A DNA stretch of 64,000 bases, from positions 103,294,001-103,358,000 of the forward strand of contig NC_087472.1 of NCBI RefSeq assembly GCF_036321535.1. The letters are read 5' to 3'. The position numbers and the translations under genes were made by a program. This DNA comes from Camelus dromedarius (taxonomy: Eukaryota). Shown here piece after piece: positions 12,041 through 24,625 of this stretch. Positions within the stretch are counted from its first letter, which is position 1. The number at the start of each line of letters is the position of its first letter. Below the pieces are notes generated by a model. The model was not told the DNA's origin. It did no database searches and saw only the letters and a program-made list of their open reading frames with translations.

Positions 12041-12270
12041 CAGTTACTTAAAATTATTTTTTCTCTTCTACAATAATATGTACAACTGCAATAAGGGGAA
12101 GTAGTGGAAAGTTATTGTTTTTTTAAAGGCTTGGTTACTGCCATTTCACCTGGACCTGGAAGACTTGTTTTTCTGGGTGAAGAAATGTTCTCCCTGTGTG
12201 AAGGTTTCATAATCGCAGTCAAGCAGGCCTGTGAGCCCTGCCGTTTAAAGTGGCTCCTCTCTTTTATCCA

Positions 12271-12451
12271 TGACATTCATACCTACACCCCGGTCCAGCT
12301 CCTGAGATCCCACAGGATAACCACTGAAGTCTCTTTGAATTCTATGCCGTGATCCCATGGCTATGGGTGACCAGAATTTGACATGGACACGCTCTGAATT
12401 TCATACCCCGTGGAGGCATTCTAATTTCCTTCCTTCCTGCGTTCTGAGCAG
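12271..12451 (+). other. ACE2: ACE2 upstream non-coding exon (distal-promoter exon)
   Basis: Ends in perfect donor CAG|GTAAGT (GT 12452). Matching acceptor is a poly-T tract + CTCAG at 13102-13103. Sequence resembles the human distal 5' exon as I recall it (GATAACCACT..TCTCTTTGAATTCTATG..GTGATCCCATGGCTA). TTTAAA at ~12244 upstream. 5' end approximate. Confidence 0.8.
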
Positions 12452-12850
12452 GTAAGTGAAAGGGATGGAGGCACGCGGTGAAGTCAGCCTTAGAACCAGT
12501 GTTTAACATGGTCATCTGAGAAGTAGAAAATGAGCTTTTTAAAGTTTTCCCAAGTTATATCAGGATGGTTAATCTGTGGAGTGGAGAGTAGTCATAATTT
12601 TTTTAAAAAATGGCCATGGAAATTAAAATGTATCAGAAAAAAATGACTTCCATACAGACAAAGGCAAAGTTGTTTATTTAGGAAGGGAAAATGTTATCTA
12701 AGTAGAGCGTTTCTGTGAATTTGAGCTTGAAATAAATAGAAATGCAGGGTAACTGACTGTTAATGGAATTGTCTGAAAAAAAGTCTCAACTTTCCCCCCC
12801 GAGCCCTAATTCTAGAGTTCTTTGGTCACTGTAAAATCATAACACCTTCA

Positions 12851-13054
12851 GTGTATCTTTAACAGATTTTAAGGAACATATTAACCAAATGTACAAGTTT
12901 TGATTTGGCCATAAAATGCTAGGAGGGCTATGATCCTCTAGGATTAATGAATAACATTTGTTTATTTGATTTACTTTAAGAAATCATTCTAAAATCTGTT
13001 TACATATCTGTTTTTTCCAGGATGAATTTTATGTCGGTTCAGCAGATTGTTTAC
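12851..13054 (+). promoter_or_regulatory. ACE2 proximal promoter: three HNF1-like motifs and FOXA motifs
   Basis: HNF1-like GTGTATCTTTAAC 12851-12863, GGAACATATTAAC 12873-12885 and ATTAATGAATAAC 12943-12955. Forkhead TGTTTAC at 12997-13003 and 13048-13054. HNF1A/B and FOXA control of the ACE2 proximal promoter is established in human and mouse. Confidence 0.8.
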
Positions 13055-13206
13055 TGTTTTTTCTTCTTCTTCCTTTTTTTTTTTTTTCGTCTTCCCTGCT
13101 CAGTGCCCAACCCAAGTTCAAAGGCTGATGAGAGAGAAAAACTCATGAGGAGGTTTTTCCTCTAGGGAAGTTGTTCAGTGGATGGGATCTTGGTGCACAG
13201 AGAAAG

Positions 13207-13392
13207 ATGTCAGGCTCTTTCTGGCTCCTTCTCAGCCTCGTTGCTGTAACGGCTGCTCAATCCACCACTGAGGAACTGGCCAAGACATTTTTGGAGGAGT
13301 TTAACCATGAAGCCGAAGACCTGTCTTATCAAAGTTCACTTGCTTCTTGGAATTATAACACCAATATTACAGATGAGAATGTCCAAAAGATG
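13207..13392 (+). CDS. ACE2: ACE2 coding exon 1 (aa 1-62; signal peptide, helix 1)
   Basis: ATG 13207; [62 protein letters not shown]; donor ATG|GTGAGT. Confidence 0.99.
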
Positions 13393-14494
13393 GTGAGTTC
13401 TCATTGCTACCTAGGGGTATTTGTTGCTTCTTAAAAAATCAGATTACTGCCCCGGAAAGTGAAAAGGGAAATCAAAGAAATGCTCTGAGCTCTGAGATTG
13501 GATGTTTGCCTTAGTATTTCTGATTCTGGAGTCCCAGATGACTAAACAATTGACCTTTGGGTTCATTTGGAAAATTGTTACAAAATAATTCACTGGTCTC
13601 AGTCCAGATTCTTGGAAACCAGTGAACATGCTTTAGCAAGTTGCCACCAAAACTCTCATCATAGTCAGAGTTTCAAAGCATTTCATGGAAATGCCATAAG
13701 CTATTGAGTTAATAATTTCCCCAAGCCTACAATGTCAACAGGAATGTCTAAAGACTCTACAAATGATATATTAACTGAAAAATGCAGCTGGAGGCTTAGT
13801 GAAAGATCTTGCTAGTAATTAAGATTACCCTGGGTCGGGTAAGGCTGGCCTTGGGAATTCCTTCCTTCCTTATCACAGAGCTCTGAGGGACTTCCAGAGG
13901 ATACAGAATCCACAGAGCCCTCCAAGAAAAAGCATAATGAAACCAGCTCTGACAAATCTCAGAATGCTCTGGGAAAGCAAGATGTTTTGTTTGACAAGTG
14001 CAAGGACTTAGTAATTTTTTCCCCCAGAGATCCCAAAGCAGTATCCTTCCACATTCAGTGCTGGAAATTGAGCAACATTATTTAAGAAAAGTTTTTGTGG
14101 CACTTGGACAGAAATCCATTCCTTCTGAAATGTATTTCAGAAGCTTATATTTTTCAAATCGTGGGTTGCATGTTTAAATTCAATTACTGCCATTCACTGG
14201 ACAGATCAAATCTGAGACTTGCTGCCTCATTTGAATTCCCTAGGAGATTTTTTTTTTTGTATTTTTCTCAGGCTCAAAGAAATCCAGATTCTGACAGTCT
14301 GGGGTTGTCATAGGAGAGCATTGTTTCCCTGTCTCATATTTTGGTCTTACCTCTCTTCATCTCTTCCCTGTTGCTTTTTTCTCTCTTGTTATTTGATCTG
14401 TGTTGGAGGTCCAGGTGGCACGTTGTGCATTTGTTTTAATTCTCAGCTGAATGGTCTGGTAGGTGATGGTGAAGTTATACCAGCATCATGCCCG

Positions 14495-14700
14495 AGAGCT
14501 CTGGAGCCCGACTGCTGAGGTCCAAATCCTGGCTCCACCACTTTCCATCTGTGTGAACTGGAGCTAGTTAATTACCCTCTCTGTGCTTCAGTTTTTTTGC
14601 CTGTGAAAAACAACATAATACTCATGTTTGCCTCATAGGGTCGCTGTGTAGACAATACACAAAACCACCAGAATAGTGCTCAATACTTGTGAGAATGGGT
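14495..14700 (+). mobile_element. MIR SINE
   Basis: CTCTGGAGCCCGACTG..AAATCCTGGCTCCACCACTT..CTCTCTGTGCTTCAGTTT. Confidence 0.75.
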
Positions 14701-15564
14701 GAACAGTAAGGTATTATTCCTTGAGTGTGAGAGGGAGCTGTAATTGCTGAAGAGACTGCTGAGTGCCCAGATACTGAGAAGGCATGTTATAGAATGAGAT
14801 GTAGTGATGTTTGTTGATCATCTCTGGATCATTAAGTGTTATCACTTTTGAATTGCACTGGTTGATTAGAGGAATGGCCAGAAATGAAAGGGCGTAGATC
14901 ACAAAAGGTGGCCAAAGTGCAGAAAGTATGGGCCCTTTAAAGGAAAGTGAAAATATTTGAATGCAAGAAACAAGCAGCGGGCCCAGAACGTCCTTCCCCA
15001 AGCAGCGGTGAGGATGCATTAGTGCACATAGGTGCAACTGTGTGGATTTACCTGTGGAGGAGGGCAAAGGACACATATTTTGAGATCCCCTGGTGAAATG
15101 GGCACTGCAGCTGGTGCTAGGGGAGGTACCAAGATGAGCAGGTGGTTGAGATATGGTATGCTGCTGGTGGCCATGCTTAAAGAAAGAATTGTAGAAATGG
15201 AGAAAGTTCCCCAAGTAAGAGCAACTGGAATGATTTAAAGGATCAGAGAGAGTTAGGAGAGAAAGCAGAATTAGCTGTACAAAGCCTTACTCAAAAAGAA
15301 AAAAAAATTAGTCTGAGATGGAACAAGACAGGACAGAGTGTTCACAGTTGTATTGGCCAACTCTCTTCATACTAGGTGGTGCCTTTGAAAGCTCAAAAGA
15401 GATAAATTTACAACAAACAGGAGGATGTGCTATTTACACTACAGGTGGTAAAACTGGTAAGACTGGTAAAACCAGGCCATTCTTTAATCTAAAAAAGTGA
15501 CACATTAAAAACTGTACATAGGTTTTTGAAGTATTTATGCAAATGTAAAGATTAGAGGTGTACT

Positions 15565-16000
15565 GTGGGTAAGGAAATCTGGTCAAGTACATTTATGGAC
15601 CCAGTTCTTTACCCTTCCTTACATCAACACCCCAGGTTATGTCACTTTGCAGTGCCATCCCACTGAAGATGATGTGACTGTGTCCTTTGCCACATGACTT
15701 ACTTTGACCAACGGGGTGTTAGCAGAAGGGATGCATGCAGAGGCTTGGAATTGACTTGAACAATGGGGCTTGTCCTTTGCACCTTTGCCTTTGGCATGAG
15801 AATATGCCTGGATTAGCCAACTACAGAAGGAGAGATTTGTGGAATAGTTGTCCTGGCAGAAACCAACCCCCCAGAGTTGTAAGCAAATCAAGCCAAGATT
15901 AGAAGAGCTGCCGGGCAACCCTCAGTGATTCTAGGCATGTAGACAATAAATACTTACGCTGTTGAGTTTTTGCTTGTTTGTTAGCAATTGATAACTAATA
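15565..16000 (+). mobile_element. MaLR LTR (MLT1 family)
   Basis: TGTGG start, TGACTTACTTTGACCAA..TGCAGAGGCTTG..AATAAAT..AGCAATTGATAACTAATACA end. Confidence 0.75.
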
Positions 16001-17616
16001 CAGGAAAGGAAATTTGAGCTCTATGACACATGTGTCATATCCTATCAGAGTGACATTATTGAGGACAACCTGCCATTTCCTAATTATCCCTTGATATCAC
16101 TTTCAGAATCAGAATATTGGGCTTGTCAGCCTGTGGGTCTGACTTGGTGTGGCAATTCTTAGATCAAGTCATGAGAATAGACCTTAAAATAATAGAAGGC
16201 ATCAAAATTTAATCAGCATAGTGCCCTAAAAGCTCCCTATTAAGGAGATGTCCATCAGATAAAAATAAGTAAAAAAGCTTGGTTAAATACAGGTTTCCAC
16301 ATAGTTCAGAAGTTCAGTGAAAATTAATTACCAAGCACTTGCTTTAGAGCAAATACAGTTCTCATGTTTGAGTTCAAATGTTCACCAATTACCCTGTAAT
16401 TATCTTCTCAATAAAATGATACTACTTTTTTTTTTGCATTGTCCCTTCTTTGGAAGGTTATTATTGGTTTGATTTTTGAAATAGAGTCCTTTGTAAATCA
16501 AATAGACTTTCTTTGCAAAGTCAGAAGCCCTCTAGCAACATAGGAGGTCCCTGGACGATGTTTTAGCCCTCTGGAAGAGAGCAAAAGGTTGCTACTGCTG
16601 GCAGAGGCATCCTGGTTCACTTGTCCAGTATTTGGCAGTGACTCCTACAACTGCCCCAAACTCCTGTGCACTCAGCTGAAGTGGGTGTTGATGACTGCCA
16701 TGCTGGAGCCCTGTAGGTCTCTGAGAACACTTCATAAATATTTCTTGGTGAGTTAGCAGCAGCTGTGACAAGAGAGCGAGAAGCCCACACTTACCCTTTG
16801 GGTGGCCTCTAGGGCTTCTTCAGCTCCCTGCTGCAAGGGCTCCTAGAGTCCTTGGGCACACCTGCTTCCTGAACCTGTCCCTCTGTCTTTAGGGCTGGGG
16901 GCACCGTGAACCCAGAGCAGGGTCATTTTAAACTGCTCTTCTGTACCCAAGGGAAGAATGTAGACTTCATCCCTGTCTCCAATGAGTCCGTCCCACACTC
17001 CCCAACACACACAAGTACCTACACACAGGCACAGGGGTCGGGGAACATCACGTGGTGTAAATATAATGGAATTCAGGAAATCCGATGCTATGCCGATTCT
17101 CCTGAGCTGACTGTGATACCTTGGGCAAGTCACTTATTTTTTGTCTCTTGAAGCGTAAGAGTGTGGATGGGCACACCCGAGAGTTTTCTGTGGATAACAG
17201 TGGTGAATGGCTAAGTTCCACATGTGGAGGATTAGCATGAGTCAAGTGCCTTGGAGGCCTTGTTCAGACTAGTTTTTCTTTGTCATGAAAACTTGATAGT
17301 GCCCCAGTTTAGTGATGTAATTTGGCGAGATTAAACTTGAGCAACTCAAAATGACATGTTTAATTACATTCAGATTTGACACAATTACTCAGTGATCTAA
17401 GCAGTCTGACAGGACATCAGGTGGAGGGCAGCCTGGTGGTCAGGAACTACCACTGCTTCTTAGTGTGTGCCAGGTAACTGGGTAAAAGAGAATTAATTTA
17501 ATTTTCGCTAAATCCTTTGGTTTGGAGCAATTCCATGGGGCTTTCAGACCTAGTTATAGGACCTAGGGAATAAAGCATTTTTTTCTTTGCTCTTAGTATT
17601 GAAGGCTTTTACCAAG

Positions 17617-17915
17617 AGCTTCATTGAAATACAATTATACACCATAAAATCCACCAATTGAAAGTATACAATTCAATGCTTTTTAGTATATTTACAGAAT
17701 TGTACAACCATCATCACCATCTAATTTTAGAACGTTTTCACCACTCCAAAAAGAAACCAAATGCCCATTTGCAGTCACTTTTCTTCTCCCCACCCCCAGC
17801 CCCTAGCAACCACTAATCTACTTTCTGTCTCTATAGATTTGCCTATTCTGGATTTCATATAAATGGAATTATACACTAGGTAGTCTTTTGTGGCTGACTT
17901 CTTTTACTTTGCATG
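17617..17915 (-). mobile_element. L1MB-type 3' end
   Basis: ACCATAAAATCCACC..AAAGTATACAATTCAATG..CAACCACTAATCTACTTTCTGTCTCTATAGATTTGCC. Confidence 0.85.
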
Positions 17916-18322
17916 TTGTATATTTCAAAAGTAACCAAGGCAGTTTTCATCTTTTAATCTGATGGAGTTTTGAAGGCTATATCTGGAAAACGGGCCAGCA
18001 TATGAGACCTGAGGGTGGAGAGTTCCCTGGGAGCTTGTTGGGCTCCAAGTTACTACTTGGATACTAAGGTTCCATTCAGTTTTTCATCCTCTATCTTCAG
18101 GGAACTCTCACACCTACAGGGAAGGAAATGGTTTAGAGGTTGCTGAAAGAATAGCCTGGTTGATAGTGAGCTATAGAAAAAGAGAAAATGAGGTGTTAAT
18201 TCTTTATATCTCAAACAACTTATTGCAAAAGAATTTTAATTGTTTAAATAAAACCATGATAATTTAGGTAGAGACTTCAGATCTCTGGCTTAAGACAAAG
18301 CTCACATGAAAACATTTAAAAG

Positions 18323-18813
18323 TGTAATGAAATTATTACCACAAGTATAGTAGCTCAAAACAATACACATTTCTTATCTCACAGTTTCTGTGGGACAGGA
18401 GTCGAGACGTAGCTTAGCCAGATCTGCTTCTGAATCTCATAAGGTTGCAATCAAAGTCTTAGCTAGAGCTGTGGTCTCATCTGAGACTTGACTGGGATTG
18501 AATCTACTTCCATGCTAACGTGGTTAGTGGTAGCATTCAGATCCTCATATGTTGCTGGACCGAGGTCCTTAGGATGTCAGTCAGAGACCATCTTCAACTT
18601 CTCACCATGTGGCCCTACCCATAGGATAGCTCACAACATGGCATCTTGCTGCATCAAATTCAGCAAGGGAGCATCTTCTAGCAAAATAAAAATCACAGTT
18701 TTATGTAACATAAACATATATATCCTGTCACTTTTGCTGTATTCTATTGGTTAGAAGTGAGTCACAGGCTCTGTTCACACTCAAGGGAGTGGAATACACA
18801 ATCTGTCTACCAC
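18323..18813 (-). mobile_element. MaLR LTR (MLT1 family)
   Basis: TACCACAA..TTATCTCACAGTTTCTGTGGG..CACACTCAAGGGAG..GTCTACCACA. Confidence 0.8.
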
Positions 18814-19219
18814 AGGGTCTACGATCCAGATACTGGCAATTTATTACCAGTTCCACTATTTATTTCTCTTAGCCCCTTTCTACACATATGAAAAACAGGA
18901 ATCGAATAATTTTCTATCTCGTGGGGTTATTAAGAAGATCAAATGAGGTAAATTATTTTGCAAAGTACTCTACACCCATGTATATCCTACTTACCTTAAG
19001 GTCTGTGTTAAGTTCCACTTCCTCCATGAGGGCTTGGCCAAATCTGGTCCCTATAACAGGAATTGCTTGGCCCACTCATAGTTTCTACATTATCATATGC
19101 TCTTATGTTTCATTAATGAAACGTTCATGATGCATATCTTATCTGTCTGATAATACTGTAAGCAGCTTAAAGACAAAGACTTTTTTCAATAAATGAAGAA
19201 ACAGCTGTAATTCTTTAAG

Positions 19220-19440
19220 GCTTAGGATGTATCAGGCACTCTGATAGGCATTTTATTATTTGTTAAATTTTCTTGTCCTTACAACAATCCTTTAAGGTAA
19301 ATTCTACCTTATTTTTTTTTTACATTTTACAGAAAAGGTAACTTGTGACCCAGAGAGAGTAGGTAATTTGCTCAAAGTCACACAGCTAGTCAGAGGTGTC
19401 TGACTCCAGGAATGAAGCTCTTACTTCCCTCATATGCTAC
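19220..19440 (-). mobile_element. MIR SINE
   Basis: CATTTTACAGAAAAGG..AGGTAATTTGCTCAAAGTCACACAGCTAGT. Confidence 0.75.
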
Positions 19441-20162
19441 CTCTTTTATATGGCCTAGAGAAGTACAATGTACAAAGAAGTTGCTTGTTTTAGTCTTTGA
19501 TAAATGGAAGTGGGCTTGTGCATTAAGAGAAGACTGCATTGGATAAGTCTGGAGAAGTCCACTTGCCTACTGATGTTCAAGATAGGGGGCAAGTGAATCC
19601 TAGCATCATCACCTGCTTATTGGTTTCTTTTGCCAGTGGAAAATCACTGTGGCTACCAAATAGTCATGTTCTGGGCAAGCTTGACTGGGGATCCTAATTT
19701 AAGATCAGAATCTCTGGTAAATCATAGTACCATGGCACTTACTACAAACTGGTTCTCATTTCTCATGGTTCTCATGGCCATGAGGAACTGTATTCCCAGT
19801 AAGTCTAATCTGAGCCCTGCTGAGCTCTCCCTTTAGTGCATTCATTCTTGAATCCTTGAGCAACTTACCCAGGTCATAGTGCTAAGGGTTTAAATTCCAG
19901 GGCCCCACAACATGGATCATCTGTGAGAATTCACTTCCAGTTCTGGGGACAGGACCCTTGGGAAATCTAGACACTAGGCCAGAAAGAGTGACCAAGAGTG
20001 GCTTGATCACTCTTAACCTAAGCCTTGACCTTCAGCAAAACAGAGAACTAAATCACTCAGGAAATATTAGATGTTCCACCAGATGTTCTTTGGACTATAT
20101 CTTCTGTTCTATCTACTCGCTCAGTCCCATTCTAACTTCAACTTTATTTTTTGTTATTTCAG

Positions 20163-20321
20163 AATGATGCCAGGGCCAAATGGTCTACCTTTTATGAAGA
20201 AAAGTCCAAGACTGCCAAAACTTATCCCCTAGAAGAAATTCAGAATGTCACACTCAAGCGTCAATTGCAGGCCCTTCAGCAGAGTGGGGCATCAGCGCTC
20301 TCAGCAGACAAGAGCAAACGA
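20163..20321 (+). CDS. ACE2: ACE2 coding exon 2 (aa 63-115)
   Basis: [36 protein letters not shown]...ADKSKR |GTATGT. Confidence 0.98.
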
Positions 20322-20617
20322 GTATGTGAAATTCTAGCACTGACCCCAAGAATTGAAATATTTGGGAAATATTAAACATTACTATCGCCCATAGCTGCTT
20401 CCTTTATCTGCAAAGATAGCAATGCTCACATTAGAAAGAGCTCTGTGCCTTACTAGGGTGGCTGCATAATTTATTATCCAAACTGGAATCCTCTGAGTGA
20501 AGAAAGACACTGGCATGTTGGGACACAGAGTTAAACTGAGATTATCAAGGCACTGTGGTATGTATGGACACCCGAAACAGAGGTCACCTTCCCCAGGACC
20601 AGGCAATTAGTCTATTT

Positions 20618-20829
20618 CAGTGCTTTTCAACTGGGAGTAATTTTGCCCGCCAGGGGCATTGACAGTGTCTGGAGACATTTTTGGTTGTCACAGCTCAGTG
20701 GCGGGCATTTGCTATTGGCATCTAGTGAGTAGGGATGCTGGTAAACACTCTGTAATGCACAAGGAGGCCCCCAGTGACAAACAATTGTCCGATCCAAAAT
20801 GTCACTAGTGCTAAGCTTGAGAAGCCCTG
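20618..20829 (+). mobile_element. MER20 DNA transposon
   Basis: CAGTGCTTTTCAACTGGGAGTAATTTTGCC..TGTCTGGAGACATTTTTGGTTGTCAC..TTGAGAAGCCCTG. Confidence 0.85.
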
Positions 20830-21072
20830 TATGTCATCTAATCCTCCCCCTCCTTTAATTCTTGACTCTCACCTGCAGCTTCTTTAACAAGTGGCTAAAC
20901 CAGCCCAGCTCAAACCATTTTAGAGATGGGCAAGTCACCTCTTTCCAAGACATCAGTTCCATATGTGGGTCCCTCTAACTGATGGAAAGATACGCCCTCC
21001 ATGGAGCATAAAGTGCTTTACCTCCACCACCTACTGCTTTCTGGAGCCAAATTGCTCTCTCCTATAATAGTA

Positions 21073-21441
21073 TTTATTTGTTTATTTATTTTTGAAGTAT
21101 AGTTGATTTACAGTGTTGTGTTAGTTTCTGGTGTACAGCATAGTGATTCAGTTATACATACATATATATTATTTTTAATATTCTTTTTCATTATAGGTTA
21201 TTACAAGGTATTGAATATAGTTCCCTGTGCTGTACAGTAGGACCTTGTTGTTTATCTCTTTTATGTATAGTAGTTAGTATCTACAAATCCTGACCTCCCA
21301 ACGTATCCCTTGCCACCCACCCTATCCCTGCTGGTAAACATAACTTTGTTTCCTATGTCTGTGAGTCTGTTTCTGTCTTGTAAATAAGTTCATTTGTGTC
21401 ATTTTTTAGATTGCACATATAAGTGATATCACATATTTGTC
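21073..21441 (-). mobile_element. Cetartiodactyl-type L1 3' end
   Basis: TTGAAGTATAGTTGATTTACA..GTACAGCATAGTGATTCAG..TATAGTTCCCTGTGCT; same family as 45969-46673. Confidence 0.88.
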
Positions 21442-21449
21442 TTTAAATA

Positions 21450-22440
21450 ACTGAGGGCAGATAATTTTTTTTAACCCATTGAGCCTCTTCTTCTCTAGAC
21501 TAAACATCCTCCACTCTGTCATTTTTCCCCTATACTGTGGTTTCAAGTTCCCTAACCAGTCCTTAGCTGCTATCTTCATTTTGTCAGTTTCCTTGGCCTG
21601 AGCACAGCACTTTGAGTGGATTCTGGTCTGCACAGAGGTGAGCAGGAGCATGACATTCTGCACCCTGTGCTTTACATCTGCTAAGACAGTCCAGGACTAT
21701 ATTAGGTTTTTGTTTGTTTGGTTTGGTTTTTTGACACAGTCCATATTTGACTCATATCAACATCACTGTCAAGGAAGTCTCCAAATCTCTCCCACCAAAG
21801 CTGCTCTCAAATGATACCTTTTAAAATTCTATTCTTATGTAGGTAGTTTGTCTAAATTCAAGAAAGCCTATATTCACCCCTGTTAAAATAAAAATTTCTC
21901 ATCTCATCTCTCTATCCCAGCAGCCAGCAAACTTTCTTTCTGCAAAGGGAAAGAGAGTAGATATTTTAGGTTTGCGGGCCATATTGTTTCTGTCACACTG
22001 AGTCAACTTGCTGTTGTAGCAGGAAACCAGCCACACCTAACATGTAAACAAATGGGCATGGCTGTGTTCCAATAAAACTTTACAAAAACAAGCAGCAGAT
22101 AGGATTTGGTCTGCAAATCGTAGTTTACAGACCCTTGATTTTAACCTATTGGAATATTTTTTATCTAAAATATTTGGCTATTTAACATCAAAGCCTTTCT
22201 TAGTTGCTTGTCCTCTTGTATTCTGGATTCTAATCTGCATCTATAAAAAGAAAAATGCACGATAAGAATAAAGACAAAACCATATGAATTGTATCTTCCT
22301 ACAAGGTGATATTTATTATTCTGCATCCTTTGTGTCCAATTGTCCAAATAGTTATTAATCCACTGTATTTTGTCCATTTCGTGGTTCCCCATCTTTTCCA
22401 CAAGGACACCGTGGGAAACCTTGCCCATTGCTCTGTTAGA
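21450..22440 (-). mobile_element. CR1/L3 LINE remnants (interrupted by MER58A)
   Basis: CTTCTCTAGACTAAACAT; minus-strand translation KVSHGVLVEKM..MDKIQWINNYLDNWTQR resembles CR1 RT. Confidence 0.65.
21918..22138 (+). mobile_element. MER58A DNA transposon
   Basis: GCAAACTTT..AAAGGG..ATATTTTAGGTTTGCGGGCCATA..GGCTGTGTTCCAATAAAACTTTA. Confidence 0.8.
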
Positions 22441-23963
22441 CTCTAAACAGCTTGGGCTAACTTAGGTGGACCCTGGACATTGTATTTTTAAAAGATACCC
22501 AGATAATTCTAATGTGCAGCCAGGATTAAAAATCACTGAACTGCATGTAAGAGCTTGAAGTGTTTGGGAAGAGAGGAGACTCAAGGATGCATGAGAGAGG
22601 AAGGAGGGGAGTTTGAAAAAACAGGTAGAGAAAGAGACCAGGAGGGGTTTTGTGCCATGGTAAGGAACTTGGCTTTATTCTTTTGGACTATGGGATCTTG
22701 TTGAAGTTTTAAGCATGGAGTCTGTTTCATGTTTTAGGATCACGGCTCTTGTAGCAGAGTAAGAGAATAACAGAAGAGAGAAATAGGAGGGGAGACAGGG
22801 CCATTCATCCAGTGCTTCTTAAATCATCTCTGAGAGAGAGAGTCAGTTCTATCCTCTCTGCTTCGCTCCCTTCCTCCCTCCTTCTCTGTCTTCCTTCTTC
22901 CTTCCTTCGTATCTCCCTTACTTCTTCCCTTCCCTTCTTCCCGACCTTTCCTTATTTCCAATCCATTGTAGGTCAGTGCTTGGTTAATTTCATCGATCAC
23001 ATGCCTGGATGTCATGGAAATATCAAATTGTTTTTAAAAATTTATAAACATTTATTCTCTCAATTCCTGGGCTTCTCACAGACTAGAAGAATGCTGTTTG
23101 CTGATTTGCACTGGTCCATGGACCATACTTCGAGGAGCACTGCTTTACTCTATTACCTTTACACTCCTTTACCTATGAGGTAAAGTTTAAACTCTTTAGA
23201 ATAGCACAGAAGGCCTCTCATGATCTGGCCCCTGCTACCTCTCTGTTCTCCCATCCTCCACTTCCCTCACTCAACACCGCCACCCCAGTTTTCTTTATCA
23301 TGTCACCACTTCCTGAAGTTGCTTTGTCTTTCTCAACCTTCAGCCATCTTTTAAGCTCCGTCCTCTCCCTCCCTTCTCTACTTGACCAATTCCTACTTCT
23401 CTTCCAAGACCCAGCTTCCCTTCTTTGAAGCCATTTCTGAGTCTCCAGTTTGCTCATTTATCCACTCCTTGGCACCCATAGTGCCATATTCCTTTTTGGT
23501 GACAGTTATAGCACCTGTCACTCTGTTGTGTAATCACTGATTTCATGACTTGACTGTCCCATAACTGTGGGGTCCTTGAGGACCAATGTCTTGTTCAGGT
23601 CATAATTGTCAGAGTGTAGGACATAGTAGATGTTCAATAAATGTGCACTCAATGAAGGCTGAATGGGACAACAAAAGCACTTCTCTGTGCATGTGCAGGT
23701 GAGAAACATTCTTGGGATTTGGGGAGCTCTGTTTTGTTTTTCAGTCACTCCACATATGTGTATCATATGTTCATAAGGCCAGTCTGTGCTAGTTGATGGT
23801 GGGGAAATTTAACCGAGATGTTCCTATACTACATAAAAGAAGATAGATGTGAACTGCTGTTTTTTGAGGCATAAAAAGTCACATAGCTGGAAGGACATCG
23901 TTATATTAGCGTTCTCTTTAGTGTATTTTCCATTTTTAACATTGTTTACTATCTAACTTGCAG

Positions 23964-24057
23964 TTGACCACGGTTCTAAGTACCATGAGCACCATCTACA
24001 GTAGTGGAGAAGTTTGTGATCCAAATAACCCACAGGAGTGCTTAGTACTTGAACCAG
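23964..24057 (+). CDS. ACE2: ACE2 coding exon 3
   Basis: [43 protein letters not shown]. Confidence 0.98.
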
Positions 24058-24481
24058 GTAGGCTATTTATTTTCAGCAGTGATTATAAAATCTACTTTAT
24101 ATTCCAAGTTTTAAAAATGAGATTAATGTTAAATGATGACCTTGTTCCTCTCGGATGGATAATCCAAAGAGAAGATGCCAAATGTATTTCAGCACATAGG
24201 CGCTCTTTTAAGTTTTAACAAAACTTCACTGTAAATCCTGTCACACTCAAGTAATTTCATTAAGTTAGTAGTTAAATGATTTCAGTGACTTATTTTCTCT
24301 ACAGAAATATTTTGAAATTATAATAAGGGTGAGGAAATTAATGAATTGTGAGGTTTCATTTAATACCTTTATGAACTTGCTGTCTGCCAGCCTTTTCATT
24401 CTTTAAATTTCACAGAATTGTTTCCAAATGAAAATTTTACAAATGCATGTTTACTTCCCTTTGGGGGCTTGGTGATAACAG

Positions 24482-24625
24482 GTTTGGATGACATAATGGA
24501 AAACAGCAAAGACTACAATCAGAGGCTCTGGGCTTGGGAAGGCTGGAGGGCTGAGGTCGGCAAGCAGCTGAGGCCGTTGTATGAAGAGTATGTGGTCCTG
24601 AAAAATGAGATGGCAAGAGCTAACA
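24482..24625 (+). CDS. ACE2: ACE2 coding exon 4
   Basis: [60 protein letters not shown]. Confidence 0.98.

Noticed and set aside
13171..13206. N-terminal extension of ACE2 suggested by the ORF track
   Set aside because: Starts at TTG in the 5' UTR; the conserved signal peptide begins at ATG 13207.
14714..15214. 166-aa minus-strand ORF in ACE2 intron 1
   Set aside because: No recognisable homology; overlaps probable old repeat-derived sequence; chance ORF.
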